DNA of 64,000 bases from an uncultured Candidatus Saccharibacteria bacterium (GCA_964594735.1 CAZQMS010000006.1:13982-77981); one strand, 5' to 3'; shown: positions 1 to 9,885, numbered from the stretch's first letter. Notes: a model not told the origin generated them from the sequence alone. Made by a program: numbers and translations.

Positions 1-7
1 TGGCGCC

Positions 8-1318
8 GTGATCCTGGCTGCACTCGCCGCGATTTACTTCGCAGGCCGCGTGTCGCGGCCGATAGAGTCGCTCCATACCGCTGCGCTCCAGTTCGGGCAG
101 GGCAATCTTGGTCACCGAGCGCCGATTGAGTCTGGCGACGAGATAGGCGACCTCGCCAAGAGCTTCAACACGATGGCCGAAACCATCGGTAAGACGATGC
201 TCAGTCTTCGTCGCGAAGAAGAGGTGGTGAAAGCCGAGCGCAACAAACTCAGTCTCATCCTCGGCGGTATTACAAATGCGGTGGTAGCTGTCGATACCGA
301 AGGGAGAATAGTGCTCTTCAACAAAGCAGCAGAATCTCTCGTCGGCTTCGCGGCCGACCAGGTACTCGGCAAGTCGGTTTCCGAGGTGCTCAAGCTCTAC
401 GATGGCGAGCGAGAAGTGATGCCGGAGGAATTCTGCCCGAATGCAGCCGCGAATGCCGAGGGTGTCGTGTACAGCAAGCAAAATCTCCGCATGCCCATCG
501 TGGGTGGCAAAGAGCACGTCGTAAATCTCGTGTCGGGCCGCATCAAGGAGGGGCTCAGTATCCATCTGGGCTGCGTGCTTACGTTCCAAGATATTACGCG
601 CGAATACGCGGTAGAGCGTATGAAGCGCGAGTTCGTTTCTATCGCTGCGCACCAGCTTCGCACGCCCCTTACGGGCATGAAGTGGGCGGTGGACTTCCTC
701 CTCACGGGTGAAAAGGGGAGTCTCACAGAGCCACAGAAGACGCTTGCAAGCCAAGCGCTCGACGCCGTCAACAGAATGATCCACCTCGTCAACGACCTCC
801 TCGATGTGAACAGGGTAGAGGAGGGCAAGTTTGGCATCCACGCGCAGAAACAGACCATACTCCCGCTCCTCGATAGGGTTCTCGACGCGTACAAACAGAG
901 CGCAGCGAAAAAGGGTGTCGAGTTTAAAGCGCTGGTCGCGCAGGGGATTCCGGAATTGGTATTCGACGCCGACAAGCTCGAGATTGTGCTCAATAATCTC
1001 CTCGACAACGCGATCAAGTACACGCCGCTCCATGGCCACATCTATGTGAATGCTGAGGTAAAAGGCGGCTCGCTCGTAATCTCCGTGCAAGACTCCGGCA
1101 TCGGCATCCCGCGCGACGATGCTGACAGGATTTTCACGAAATTCTTCCGCTCGTCGCAGGCGTACTTGCACCACACTGATGGTAGCGGACTCGGGCTCTA
1201 CGTCGCAAAAAACATCATGGATCAGCATGGCGGCAACATCTGGTTTGAATCCGCTGAGAATGCCGGCACGACCTTCTATGTGTCGCTTCCCCTCAGTGGA
1301 AAGAGCGAGTCAGCGTAG
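8..1318 (+). CDS. sensor histidine kinase (HAMP-PAS-HisKA-HATPase_c); N-terminus truncated by window start
   Basis: H-box HQLRTPLTGMKW, N-box NLLDNAIKYT, G1 DSGIGIP, G2 GSGLGLYVAKNIMDQHGG; upstream PAS-like and HAMP-like segments. Confidence 0.85.
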   Translation: MILAALAAIYFAGRVSRPIESLHTAALQFGQGNLGHRAPIESGDEIGDLAKSFNTMAETIGKTMLSLRREEEVVKAERNKLSLILGGITNAVVAVDTEGRIVLFNKAAESLVGFAADQVLGKSVSEVLKLYDGEREVMPEEFCPNAAANAEGVVYSKQNLRMPIVGGKEHVVNLVSGRIKEGLSIHLGCVLTFQDITREYAVERMKREFVSIAAHQLRTPLTGMKWAVDFLLTGEKGSLTEPQKTLASQALDAVNRMIHLVNDLLDVNRVEEGKFGIHAQKQTILPLLDRVLDAYKQSAAKKGVEFKALVAQGIPELVFDADKLEIVLNNLLDNAIKYTPLHGHIYVNAEVKGGSLVISVQDSGIGIPRDDADRIFTKFFRSSQAYLHHTDGSGLGLYVAKNIMDQHGGNIWFESAENAGTTFYVSLPLSGKSESA

Positions 1319-1362
1319 CGGTAGGCGCGCTGTCCCCACGCAGTCGAGAGAGAAGCGCCACC

Positions 1363-2535
1363 ATGAACTACAATGGTGAGCATATGCCACCATCAGACCC
1401 CCACGTTACCAGTGTGCCCACACCAGCAGCCCCGGCGCCTGCACCGATCGATGCGCCTAAAAGCCGCACGGGCATTGGTATTGGCATCGGACTTGGCATT
1501 GCCGCATTGCTGCTTGCCGCCGGCGGCTACTACTGGTGGTCGGGATCGCAAGGAGAGGCCGCTTTGCGCACGACGCCCGTCAGAATCGGAATCATACAGT
1601 TGCCTCAGGTGAAGGAGGCGGATGAAGGATTCATGCGGAAGATCCGGGAACTCGGCTACGCAGACGCCGAATTCGACCTGCGAGTTGTTCCGATAGGGCC
1701 CAACTACGAAAGCGAAGTGCGGAAGGTTGTTGAGGACTTTCTCCTCGCAGACGTCGACCTCATATTTGCCGACTTCGAGTCGCAGGCCAAAATCGCGCAA
1801 ACAGTGACCGCGGAAAAGGGCAGGACGGATATGCCCATCGTATTTATCTCCCGTCTTCACGATCCGGTGACAATGGGGTTGGTGGATTCGTATCGGTCTT
1901 CGGGCAACAATCTTACGGGTGTGGCCACCAACCTCAGCAGTCTCATCCAGCGCCACATGCAGTTCATAAAGGACATTTCTCCCACCGCGACGAAGCTCGG
2001 CGTCTTCGGAAAGGGCTTCCAAGTGCCCGCGGTTGCCGGAGAGTACTATGATGTGGTCAAGCGCGAAGCGCCGCGGTTCGGCCTCGAGATAGTCGAATAC
2101 ACCACCGACCTCCCGCCTCCGCAGGCCAAACAGGCATTCGACACGGTCGCCGCAACCATCCGCCCCGGCGACATCGATGCGCTCATGCATATCGGCGGTC
2201 ACTACTACGCGACGCAGGAAGCTGGCGAAGGTCGGCTCGCTATCCGGCTCGGCATTCCCATGGCGACCAACTACGAGGATTTCCCGCGCGGCGGGCATTT
2301 CACGCTGAGCAACGGTACATTCGAGTCCGGCGAACAGGCTGCAATCATGGCCGACAAGATTATCAGGGGCGCCGCACCCACCGACATACCGATTGAGTAT
2401 CAGCAAAGGGAGATTCTCTCGCTCCACCTCGGTCGCGCAGCGGAGGCGGGGTTTGCATTTCCCGAATCCATGATATCTATTGCGACACACATCTACGAGG
2501 ATGACTCACAATTCCCCGAGTTCGAAGATCATTGA
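1363..2535 (+). CDS. ABC-type substrate-binding protein, PF04392 (ABC_sub_bind/BMP-like) family, N-terminal TM anchor
   Basis: TM helix then GIIQ...GY...NGN...IVF...DVTIKKLEFLK-type pattern; paralogous to the next two ORFs. Confidence 0.6.
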   Translation: MNYNGEHMPPSDPHVTSVPTPAAPAPAPIDAPKSRTGIGIGIGLGIAALLLAAGGYYWWSGSQGEAALRTTPVRIGIIQLPQVKEADEGFMRKIRELGYADAEFDLRVVPIGPNYESEVRKVVEDFLLADVDLIFADFESQAKIAQTVTAEKGRTDMPIVFISRLHDPVTMGLVDSYRSSGNNLTGVATNLSSLIQRHMQFIKDISPTATKLGVFGKGFQVPAVAGEYYDVVKREAPRFGLEIVEYTTDLPPPQAKQAFDTVAATIRPGDIDALMHIGGHYYATQEAGEGRLAIRLGIPMATNYEDFPRGGHFTLSNGTFESGEQAAIMADKIIRGAAPTDIPIEYQQREILSLHLGRAAEAGFAFPESMISIATHIYEDDSQFPEFEDH

Positions 2536-2628
2536 TTGGATTCTGTGCCGCAAGCATCAAGGATAAGATGTCGATATACACAGGCGTCGTCTGTCAAAGT
2601 CCGGCCGCGCGCATTACCATGACCCAAT

Positions 2629-3765
2629 ATGCCTCCATCAAATAATTCTCGTACCGCGAACGCGCAGTCGCAGCCCTCCGCGCCGATTCCTGAGCAGCCG
2701 CATGTGCCTCACAAGCACGCGTGGCCGGTCGCGCTCGTCGCAGTGCTCGTCGCCGTGGCTGCAATAGGGGGTGCGGTACTCGCTTTTGCACCGAAAATGG
2801 GTGACCAGGCGCGTCGCTCGGAGCCGCTCAAAGTCGGTATCATTCAAAATGTAAAGCATCTAGACCAAGTCATTGATGGGTTTAAGCAGGGGCTTACGGA
2901 AATGGGATACGAAGAGGGGGTAGATGTCGTGTATGAATACCAAAATGCCAACGGTGATTCTGCTGCAGCACAAGCTATCGCAGAAGATTACATTGCAAAG
3001 AACGTTGACCTCATGCTGGTGGTAACGGAGCAAGCCGCCAAGGCGGCGTATGCCGCGACGGAGGCAGCTGGGGTGGAGATACCCATCGTCTTTACCAATG
3101 GTCTTGGCATGGTGGAGACTGGCTTTCTTGAGAGCTATGCATCATCAGGGACTTACGTGACGGGTGTAGTTCCCGATGACGTGGACGTGACTATAAAGAA
3201 GCTTGAATTCCTCAAGCAGATAAATCCCGACGCGAAGCGGGTAGGTGTCTTCTACAGCTCGCTCATCCCCATTTATCCTGCGGTCGCGACTCGTGAGGCT
3301 CTGGCAGAGCAGGCGCCCAAGCTCGGCCTCGAAATCGTCGAGTACGATATCAAGACGCCTCCCGGGCCTCCCACGACCCCGGCCATGCAGGCCCTCGCCG
3401 ACGCGATAAAACCGGGCGACATCGATGCCATCGTGACGATTCCCGAAGTCGCTTCCAACTACCAGGACAATCCCAAAATTCTTCTTGAGCTCTCAAAAAG
3501 AATCAAAGCCCCCATTCTTTTCCTCACCGTGCCGCGTGTCTTCGAGGGTGGACTCCTCTCGTATAGCCAAGACTACATAGTCTTCGGTAAACAAGCCGCT
3601 GCGCAGGCGGACAGGATATTTCAGGGCGTGCACCCGAGTCAGATACCGATAGAGTACTCGCACGAGAATCTCCTCATCATCAACATGAAGACCGCAAAGG
3701 AGCTGGGGCTCACGATTCCTGATACGCTTCTTTTTAACGCCGACCAGATTATTCCCGCGGAATAA
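2629..3765 (+). CDS. ABC-type substrate-binding protein, PF04392-like, paralog 2
   Basis: KVGIIQNV...GYEEGVDVVYEYQNANGD...IPIVFTNG...DVTIKKLEFLKQI; N-terminal TM anchor. Confidence 0.65.
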   Translation: MPPSNNSRTANAQSQPSAPIPEQPHVPHKHAWPVALVAVLVAVAAIGGAVLAFAPKMGDQARRSEPLKVGIIQNVKHLDQVIDGFKQGLTEMGYEEGVDVVYEYQNANGDSAAAQAIAEDYIAKNVDLMLVVTEQAAKAAYAATEAAGVEIPIVFTNGLGMVETGFLESYASSGTYVTGVVPDDVDVTIKKLEFLKQINPDAKRVGVFYSSLIPIYPAVATREALAEQAPKLGLEIVEYDIKTPPGPPTTPAMQALADAIKPGDIDAIVTIPEVASNYQDNPKILLELSKRIKAPILFLTVPRVFEGGLLSYSQDYIVFGKQAAAQADRIFQGVHPSQIPIEYSHENLLIINMKTAKELGLTIPDTLLFNADQIIPAE

Positions 3766-3785
3766 CACCTTAGACACAAAGACAT

Positions 3786-4889
3786 ATGCCACCAGAAAAT
3801 TCACCCATGCAGAATCCCACCACAGTTGCGCAGCCTGTCGCTCAAGAGCACCCATCGCACCGTCCCCTTGTTATCGGGGTAGGGGTGTGCGCAGCGCTTC
3901 TCGGCCTCGCTATGCTCGCGTACCTGTGGCTCGGCGGGCGCGAGCCTGTGAGCGCAGGCCCGCTCCAGATAGGTATCGTGCAGAACGTACAGCTCCTCGA
4001 CGGAGCTGTCGAAGGGTTCAAACTTGGCATGACCGACCTTGGCTACGAGGAAGGCACCGATGTCGTCTATGAGTACTACAACGTCAACGGCAACGTCGAC
4101 GAAGCAAAGCGCGTCGCCCGGGAATTTGCAGAAGAGGGCAAAGACCTCATTCTCGCGGTCACGAGCACTGTCACGCCTGCGGTCTGGCAGACGCTCCAAG
4201 ATCTCGGCGTCGATATACCGATAGTCTTCACCAACGGCACGTCCTTCGACTACGACGGCTTTATCGACAGCTACCAATCATCGGGCAAAAACTTGACCGG
4301 CATCATCCCCGACGACTTCGACGTCACGATAAAGAAGCTCGAATTCCTCAAGCAGATTCAACCAGAGGCGAAACGCTTCGGCGTCTTCTACAGCAATGTC
4401 GGCCCCGGCGGCAAGCTCGTCGAGCGGCTGCAGGCGCAAAAAGATGCCCTGGGTCTCGATATGATTGCAGTCAAAATTGACTCTGTCGGTCCCGCAAGCC
4501 CGCCGGAACTTCAGGCGAAGGCGGATGCTGTGCAGAGGGGTGATATCGATGCCATCATGACGCTGCCGGATTCTGTGGTGAATTTCAGGGACAATCCGCT
4601 CATTCTCATCGCGCTCGGCAAGCGCATCGGGGCACCCGTGTACGCCCTCAATCACTCCATCGTGCAGCAGGGCGGCATTCTCGCGTACAACGAGGATCAC
4701 ATCGCGACAGGGAAGCAGGCTGCCGTGATGGCCAACAAAATACTCACCGGTACGCCCGCGATACAGATACCGATAGAGAAGTCCGGCAAGAACTTCCTCT
4801 CCGTAAACCTCAAAGCGGCCAAGGAGCTGGGGCTCACTGTCCCAGATTCGCTCATCTACAACGCCGACGAAGTGATACCAGCAGAATAG
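3786..4889 (+). CDS. ABC-type substrate-binding protein, PF04392-like, paralog 3
   Basis: QIGIVQNV...GYEEGTDVVYEYYNVNGN...IPIVFTNG...DVTIKKLEFLKQI; ends ...LIYNADEVIPAE as paralog 2 ends ...FNADQIIPAE. Confidence 0.65.
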   Translation: MPPENSPMQNPTTVAQPVAQEHPSHRPLVIGVGVCAALLGLAMLAYLWLGGREPVSAGPLQIGIVQNVQLLDGAVEGFKLGMTDLGYEEGTDVVYEYYNVNGNVDEAKRVAREFAEEGKDLILAVTSTVTPAVWQTLQDLGVDIPIVFTNGTSFDYDGFIDSYQSSGKNLTGIIPDDFDVTIKKLEFLKQIQPEAKRFGVFYSNVGPGGKLVERLQAQKDALGLDMIAVKIDSVGPASPPELQAKADAVQRGDIDAIMTLPDSVVNFRDNPLILIALGKRIGAPVYALNHSIVQQGGILAYNEDHIATGKQAAVMANKILTGTPAIQIPIEKSGKNFLSVNLKAAKELGLTVPDSLIYNADEVIPAE

Positions 4890-4903
4890 CCGCCAAACAA
4901 AGA

Positions 4904-4934
4904 AAAACGCCCCCATGGGGGGGCGTTTTTCTTT
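4904..4934. terminator. bidirectional rho-independent terminator hairpin
   Basis: AAAAACGCCCCCATGGGGGGGCGTTTTTC between convergent genes. Confidence 0.7.
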
Positions 4935-4947
4935 TAGACTGCGCACC

Positions 4948-5220
4948 TTACTGAGAATTGTGGGTCGTGCGCTTCGTGAAGTCGGAGAGCTTGGCTCCCG
5001 AGACGACGAAGAGATAAATAATCTCAAGGATGCCGAGCGTGTTGAGGAAGAGAAATGCGATGAACCACCACATATCCCCGCGCTTTGCGGCTCGCCAGAG
5101 CGCGAGGCCTTTCCACAGGAGCGACCACACCGCGACCAATAAAAAGGCAGAGATGACGAGCGGGATACCAAACCCCGCGCCCCACTCCGCACCCGGACCC
5201 CCGTAATTCATGTAATTCAT
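4948..5220 (-). CDS. small two-TM membrane protein, unknown function
   Basis: ORF with two hydrophobic helices; convergent with upstream gene across terminator. Confidence 0.4.
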   Translation of the reverse strand: MNYMNYGGPGAEWGAGFGIPLVISAFLLVAVWSLLWKGLALWRAAKRGDMWWFIAFLFLNTLGILEIIYLFVVSGAKLSDFTKRTTHNSQ

Positions 5221-5284
5221 ATGCGTACAGTATAGCGTGATTCTGGACCGCTCGCGTGGTATGGTAGAGCGCGTAGAAAGTATT

Positions 5285-5374
5285 GGAGAGGTGCCAGAGT
5301 GGTCGAATGGAGCACACTGCTAATGTGTTGAACGGGAAACCGTTCCGAGGGTTCGAATCCCTCCCTCTCCGCCA
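5285..5374 (+). tRNA. tRNA-Ser (anticodon GCU), type II with long variable arm, CCA encoded
   Basis: Manual fold: acceptor GGAGAGG/CCTCTCC, anticodon loop CTGCTAA, variable arm, T-loop GTTCGAATCC, ends GCCA; coordinates within 1-2 nt. Confidence 0.85.
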
Positions 5375-5406
5375 AGACAAAATCCCGCCGAACGGCGGTT
5401 ATTTTG
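5375..5406 (+). terminator. terminator hairpin after tRNA-Ser
   Basis: CCCGCCGAACGGCGG followed by TTATTTT. Confidence 0.55.
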
Positions 5407-5542
5407 TTGGCGGAGAGGAGAAGCGTGCCTGCGCACGCTTCGTGTGGGATTCGAACGGCGGAGCGATGCCGCAGAAGCTTGCGCGGCCGCGAGCCGGTGC
5501 CTAACCCGAGTTGCGTGACGACGCGACGAGAGGTGAAGGAGT

Positions 5543-5559
5543 ATCCCTCCCTCTCCGCA
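5543..5559 (+). repeat. direct partial copy (16-17 nt) of tRNA-Ser 3' end (att-like scar)
   Basis: ATCCCTCCCTCTCCGC identical to tRNA 3' end. Confidence 0.6.
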
Positions 5560-5622
5560 CGAAGTTTTGAGTATCGGAAGACAGGAGTGCTCGATTTTTC
5601 AGATGTAAGGTAAGATATTTAC

Positions 5623-5898
5623 ATGAAGACTTTCGAGAAAAAATGGCTTTCGGCTGGCGCTATAGTATTAGCGGTTTTGTTTATTTGGTTCGCTATCCCT
5701 AAGGAAAAAGACGGGACTCTAGACTTAGGAGACCGTTTATCGGAATGTAAGGTGCATGTGAGTGTAGAACCTGGATCCTCAGACACTTACTTCAAAACTT
5801 TCTACTGCAGTTATTTTACAGACGTGGTCAGATGCTACTCTCCTCGTTACCAAGGGGGTATGTGTACGAAAGTTTATCAATACGACCGGGAACCTTAG
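5623..5898 (+). CDS. small secreted/membrane-anchored protein, Cys-containing, island-borne
   Basis: N-terminal hydrophobic helix; low-GC ORF. Confidence 0.45.
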   Translation: MKTFEKKWLSAGAIVLAVLFIWFAIPKEKDGTLDLGDRLSECKVHVSVEPGSSDTYFKTFYCSYFTDVVRCYSPRYQGGMCTKVYQYDREP

Positions 5899-5901
5899 TT
5901 T

Positions 5902-6216
5902 ATGACTGAAACCCATTTGACGCTCCTCATTGCAATATCCGTACCTTTCCTGGCAGTCGTTGTTAGCTGGATTGCACTCATGGTGGCAATGCACAAAACC
6001 ACTGGTGAGCTAAAGCACTGGTTGACGCCTGACAATCTTGTGAAAGGTATTGCCATTATATTTGTTATTACTGCAGCACTCGCTCTCGGTGTTCTACAAA
6101 TCCTAGAGGGAGACGTAATTGCTACAATCCTCAGTGGCATTATTGGCTATACTTTGGGCACTTCCTTCCTACCTCTGAAAACTAACCCCGACCCGAGTGC
6201 CTCAAAAAACTCGTAG
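5902..6216 (+). CDS. small polytopic membrane protein, island-borne
   Basis: 3 predicted TM helices; start 4 nt after previous stop. Confidence 0.45.
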   Translation: MTETHLTLLIAISVPFLAVVVSWIALMVAMHKTTGELKHWLTPDNLVKGIAIIFVITAALALGVLQILEGDVIATILSGIIGYTLGTSFLPLKTNPDPSASKNS

Positions 6217-6354
6217 AAAAGTCGCTGAAATACCCTCACGGTACCTCACCGCTCTGGTACTGAACCCGAGTAGCCCGCATAATATTAGACAAGGAAAAGT
6301 CGCTTTCTGACGTGCTTAGCCCCAACACCGAAATTAGTAGTTAATTTTCGAGCT

Positions 6355-6696
6355 ATGTACGTGGTGCTAACAAAAAAAGAGAAAGAGGAAGAGGTGCTGA
6401 GAAGGGGGCGGGAGCGCCAGCAGCGCGAGATACTTGAACGCGAACAGATAACACAGCAGCGACAAACGGAAGCGACCCTTGCCTCTTCGAAACAAGCGTT
6501 CGCGGTGATAGCAATAGTGCTTTTTTATGGCTTCGTCGCGTACCTATTTGTTGCAGGGTTTCTCGGGGGGCAGAAAGATTACTCCGTTAAGGTCAACTGC
6601 ACGACGGATGCCTGTCATGAATACTATGGTCAGAAACTGTACGAGCAGGGGCAGGACAACTCCAGACCAGACTATCTTGATGTTCAGGGTCTTTAA
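6355..6696 (+). CDS. hypothetical membrane protein with charged N-terminus, island-borne
   Basis: KE-rich N-terminus then a TM helix. Confidence 0.4.
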   Translation: MYVVLTKKEKEEEVLRRGRERQQREILEREQITQQRQTEATLASSKQAFAVIAIVLFYGFVAYLFVAGFLGGQKDYSVKVNCTTDACHEYYGQKLYEQGQDNSRPDYLDVQGL

Positions 6697-6724
6697 TCTT
6701 TTTATCAACTTATTCGATAACTAT

Positions 6725-7093
6725 ATGAACAAATATCTTAAGTGGAGTCTGATTCTTGCCGCTGTTTACGCTGTGCTTGCCGTTGCTACAGGGTTTCTTG
6801 TAGGCATAGAGGGGACATTGTCGGAATTCGTAGTTAACAACGTCGGCTCTTGTTTCTCGTCCGGCGAATTTTCCTCGCTCTGCTACTTCGCGGTTTACAG
6901 TGGAGGTGGCGCGATTTTGTCTGTCGCTTTCTACGGCATGATTCTCGCCGCGCTAGCCTCAACCATCACTGGTCTTATCGCCGTGTACCAATCTCTCAAG
7001 TCTCACGCTCGTTGGTGGCATGTGATTACGATTTACGGGGCACTTAACGCGCTGCTCGTGTTCGCTACAGCATTCGCAATGTTGACGACCTAA
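6725..7093 (+). CDS. hypothetical polytopic membrane protein, island-borne (internal ATG of ORF 6527..7093 chosen)
   Basis: MNKYLKWSLILAAVYAVLAV... multiple TM helices; avoids overlap with the previous gene. Confidence 0.4.
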   Translation: MNKYLKWSLILAAVYAVLAVATGFLVGIEGTLSEFVVNNVGSCFSSGEFSSLCYFAVYSGGGAILSVAFYGMILAALASTITGLIAVYQSLKSHARWWHVITIYGALNALLVFATAFAMLTT

Positions 7094-7364
7094 AATGAAC
7101 GGCGAGTTAGCGGAAAAGTATCCACTATCTGACGAGCATATCGCTGAGCTTGCGGCGTTCTTTGCGCTGTTAGCGAAGTTCGATATGGAGGACAAACAAA
7201 GAGAGATGTCTCGACAACATGCTGACCATTGAGGCATGCCGTGCTCTCATACCGGACGGCGACAAACTTTCGGATGAGGAGATAGTTAAAATCCGCGAAT
7301 CACTATATGGCTTCGCGAAGCTAGCCCTTGACGTATATTTCAAGGAAAAAGGGACGGAGAAAAA

Positions 7365-8138
7365 CTAGGCCTGCTGCGCGTATGCGTCTTTGTCGTACAC
7401 AACCTCAGTTATTTCTTCTCTCGCTTTTAGTACTGCTATTACCTTTCCAGCTGCAAAATAATTCTCGAAATCTCTTGCGTGTACAAAAATGGGTGGATAA
7501 TCCTCTGATGACTCAGATACCAAGACGACTTGATGTTCTAAATCATTTAAGAGCAGTCTTTTTATATTTGCTAGTCCGTTGATGATAGATAAAACATAAT
7601 CTCCACTACTGAAGTCTTTATCCTCTCCGTCAACTATTACATAATCGCCATCTTGTATTGTCTTGCCAGCAATGCTCGCCCTATTCATTGAGTTGCCCAC
7701 AGCCTTTACCGCAAACAATGAGCTGAGATTCGTGTCTCTTTTAACTAAACGGGGTGATATTTGTAGCACGCTCTGTTCCACACTTCCGGCGAGGACAGTA
7801 GCTGGCCCACAGTTGGCAAGCCCATACAGTGGAATTGAGACCAACAATTTCTTGTCCACCGTAGAGCGAGTCTGCGTATCACTTATACGACCAGAATCGC
7901 GGATTTTATCCAAAAGATTCAGCTTTTGTAGGTGATATTTAATCTTCTGCGGGTGGGGTTCTCCTACAAGGCGACCCACTTCACGCAGGCCAAGACCCTC
8001 TAACCCTCTTTTTTGAGCGAGTTCCAGAAGCTTCCTCTGTATCGGATGCACACCCACACCATATCCGTACGAGTTCAGGGTGTCAACGGGCATGTGTTGA
8101 CAATTTCTGCCGTTGACGGGGATTTCCTCCATTGACAT
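7365..8138 (-). CDS. LexA/CI-like transcriptional repressor with S24 peptidase domain
   Basis: N-terminal LexA-like wHTH (HPIQRKLLELAQKRG...KIKYHLQKL); C-terminal Ser-Lys dyad region AVGNSMN...IKRLLL; about 45% GC. Confidence 0.65.
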   Translation of the reverse strand: MSMEEIPVNGRNCQHMPVDTLNSYGYGVGVHPIQRKLLELAQKRGLEGLGLREVGRLVGEPHPQKIKYHLQKLNLLDKIRDSGRISDTQTRSTVDKKLLVSIPLYGLANCGPATVLAGSVEQSVLQISPRLVKRDTNLSSLFAVKAVGNSMNRASIAGKTIQDGDYVIVDGEDKDFSSGDYVLSIINGLANIKRLLLNDLEHQVVLVSESSEDYPPIFVHARDFENYFAAGKVIAVLKAREEITEVVYDKDAYAQQA

Positions 8139-8514
8139 TCCAACAGCGGGGTCTACACTTCACACAGCTCTCACACAAAACGAAAGCGACGGCCACTCGC
8201 AAAAGTTAGACCGCCGCATTCGTTCATCATCGAATAGGAGCGTAGCGCTTTCTATTCTCTGTGCGAGAGCAGGGCTTACGCCCCGACTCTGTACATGCAA
8301 GATAGCATCGTGCGTGCCGATTACCAAGCGCTACGATAACGTGATACGACGTATGTCTCAATACAGACGGCGGCGCGGGTACGACACTTGGCACTTTTGT
8401 TCCAACTGCTCCAACTATCCGCACTACGACTTCGATTCGCGCGACACCAAGCCCTCAAGCGGAGAGTTCTGCAACGAGTGCCTCGCGAAGCAGAAGGCGG
8501 GTACCTGCTACTAA
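8113..8514 (+). CDS. possible Cys-rich zinc-ribbon protein (real start probably internal)
   Basis: C-terminal CSNCSN...CNEC pairs; weak. Confidence 0.2.
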   Translation: MTGISSIDIPTAGSTLHTALTQNESDGHSQKLDRRIRSSSNRSVALSILCARAGLTPRLCTCKIASCVPITKRYDNVIRRMSQYRRRRGYDTWHFCSNCSNYPHYDFDSRDTKPSSGEFCNECLAKQKAGTCY

Positions 8515-9012
8515 CAATCGAAGCCCGAGGGACGGGGCGTGGTGTTGAAACCGCATCGCGCCCCCAACTCAGGGTTCTAAAATCATTACTTACTATCAAC
8601 TAACACGTTATGTCTCATCGAAAAACAAGTTCACGCGCTGCTACCGCAGCCTCTAAGGTTCTGAGAGACCCCACATCTACCAGAGCTGAGAAATCTGCTG
8701 CTGCAAGTGCGCTCTCGCAGCGAGCTACAAACGATAGGCGACGCCATAGATAGTATGGTTATCGTCGCAAGAGATGCCGCTCCTCGTTGGGTCAGGAACT
8801 CACTTCGAGCGTTCCTGGAGGGCGAACAGAATCTTACTTGGATTGCGGGGATTTTGAGGGGTCAGCCCGCTGACTATATACGTTCATTGGTACACTCGAT
8901 GCAAGGTGCGCCGGAACGCAAGGCTGAACTGAATCAGTGGCTGAACGAAATCCGGTAGGGTGGGCCGAGTCCCTCTCATGTCGCCTCGCGCATCGAGGCG
9001 CATACTTCTCAT

Positions 9013-9786
9013 ATGGAACAACACATAAAAGACGCTCATTTATTGAGACTAAGGAAAATATTTCGAGAGAACTTTCTCAGAGAGCTATCGGACGAACAGG
9101 CGTCCGAGTATCTGGATAAGATGTACACGCAGACCCGCGCTGAACTTGCGCGGCTACCGAACTTTGGCGCAAAGGCCACCGAGAAGTATCTATCCGGCAA
9201 TCTCGAAATCGTGTTCTCGCCCAACGCAATAAATGCCGAGGTGCTGCGTGTCGTCAACGAGATAGGCATTGAAGCTCTTGAGGCTTCGTCCAAATACAAG
9301 CGTATGGCCGAAATGGTGGACGCTTCATGCCTCGCTTTGGCACTTAAGAAAGCGGGCAAAGGCGAGTGGGTCATAAAAGGACAAGACGCACCGGACATTC
9401 TTCTGGTGCAGCCTGACCCTGAACACACGATGGGCAAGCCTTTTAGGGCTATCTCACTCGAAATCATGCAGATACCAGAGTTCGCAAAGGAAAAGTTTGG
9501 CGCGGACGTGGAGGCTGACGCGGCACAGTTCATTCAGGACAAGAAGTACACAAAGCGGTACGAGGGCATACCGCACCTGCTCGTGCATCTCAATTTCGAC
9601 CACATCGGCTTCAAGACGAAGCGACTAAGCGAGAAGTTGTGCGAGGAAAAGAACAGCCCATTCCGACAGATTTGGATAAGAGTTAACGCCGACCCTGTGT
9701 CTCAGGTGATGAAAATGGTTCTCGTCTATCCCGTGTACATGGAGTTTGAGTTCGACTTTCTAAATGACCGCCACCTGATGTTTTAG
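9013..9786 (+). CDS. hypothetical protein, island-borne
   Basis: 257-aa ORF with no recognisable motif; low GC. Confidence 0.45.
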   Translation: MEQHIKDAHLLRLRKIFRENFLRELSDEQASEYLDKMYTQTRAELARLPNFGAKATEKYLSGNLEIVFSPNAINAEVLRVVNEIGIEALEASSKYKRMAEMVDASCLALALKKAGKGEWVIKGQDAPDILLVQPDPEHTMGKPFRAISLEIMQIPEFAKEKFGADVEADAAQFIQDKKYTKRYEGIPHLLVHLNFDHIGFKTKRLSEKLCEEKNSPFRQIWIRVNADPVSQVMKMVLVYPVYMEFEFDFLNDRHLMF

Positions 9787-9861
9787 ACGAGCCAGCTGTT
9801 CCATCTCGTGGATAAGGATTCCAACCGCCTTATATAGTCGGGCAGACGAACAAAAGCCGCC

Positions 9862-9885
9862 CTAAGGCGGCCTTTGCTACGCTCC
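9862..9885. terminator. terminator hairpin inside island
   Basis: AAAAGCCGCCCTAAGGCGGCCTTT. Confidence 0.5.

Noticed and set aside
397-1041. Long antisense ORFs overlapping annotated genes (for example 397..1041 -, 1393..2490 -, 22398..23642 -, 48291..49121 -, 50998..51660 -, 16156..16740 -)
   Set aside because: The high-GC background yields long open frames on the opposite strand. They lack motifs, have Arg/Ala/Ser-rich compositions and fully overlap well-supported genes.
5400-5560. Possible second tRNA or tmRNA downstream of tRNA-Ser
   Set aside because: Acceptor-like ends are present but no proper D-arm or T-arm can be folded. The segment is better explained as att-type remnants of the tRNA 3' half.
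8707-8958. Small ORFs in island spacer (8707..8958 +, and a roughly 47-aa ORF at about 8610-8760)
   Set aside because: They have no motif support, and competing overlapping frames make them too uncertain to call.
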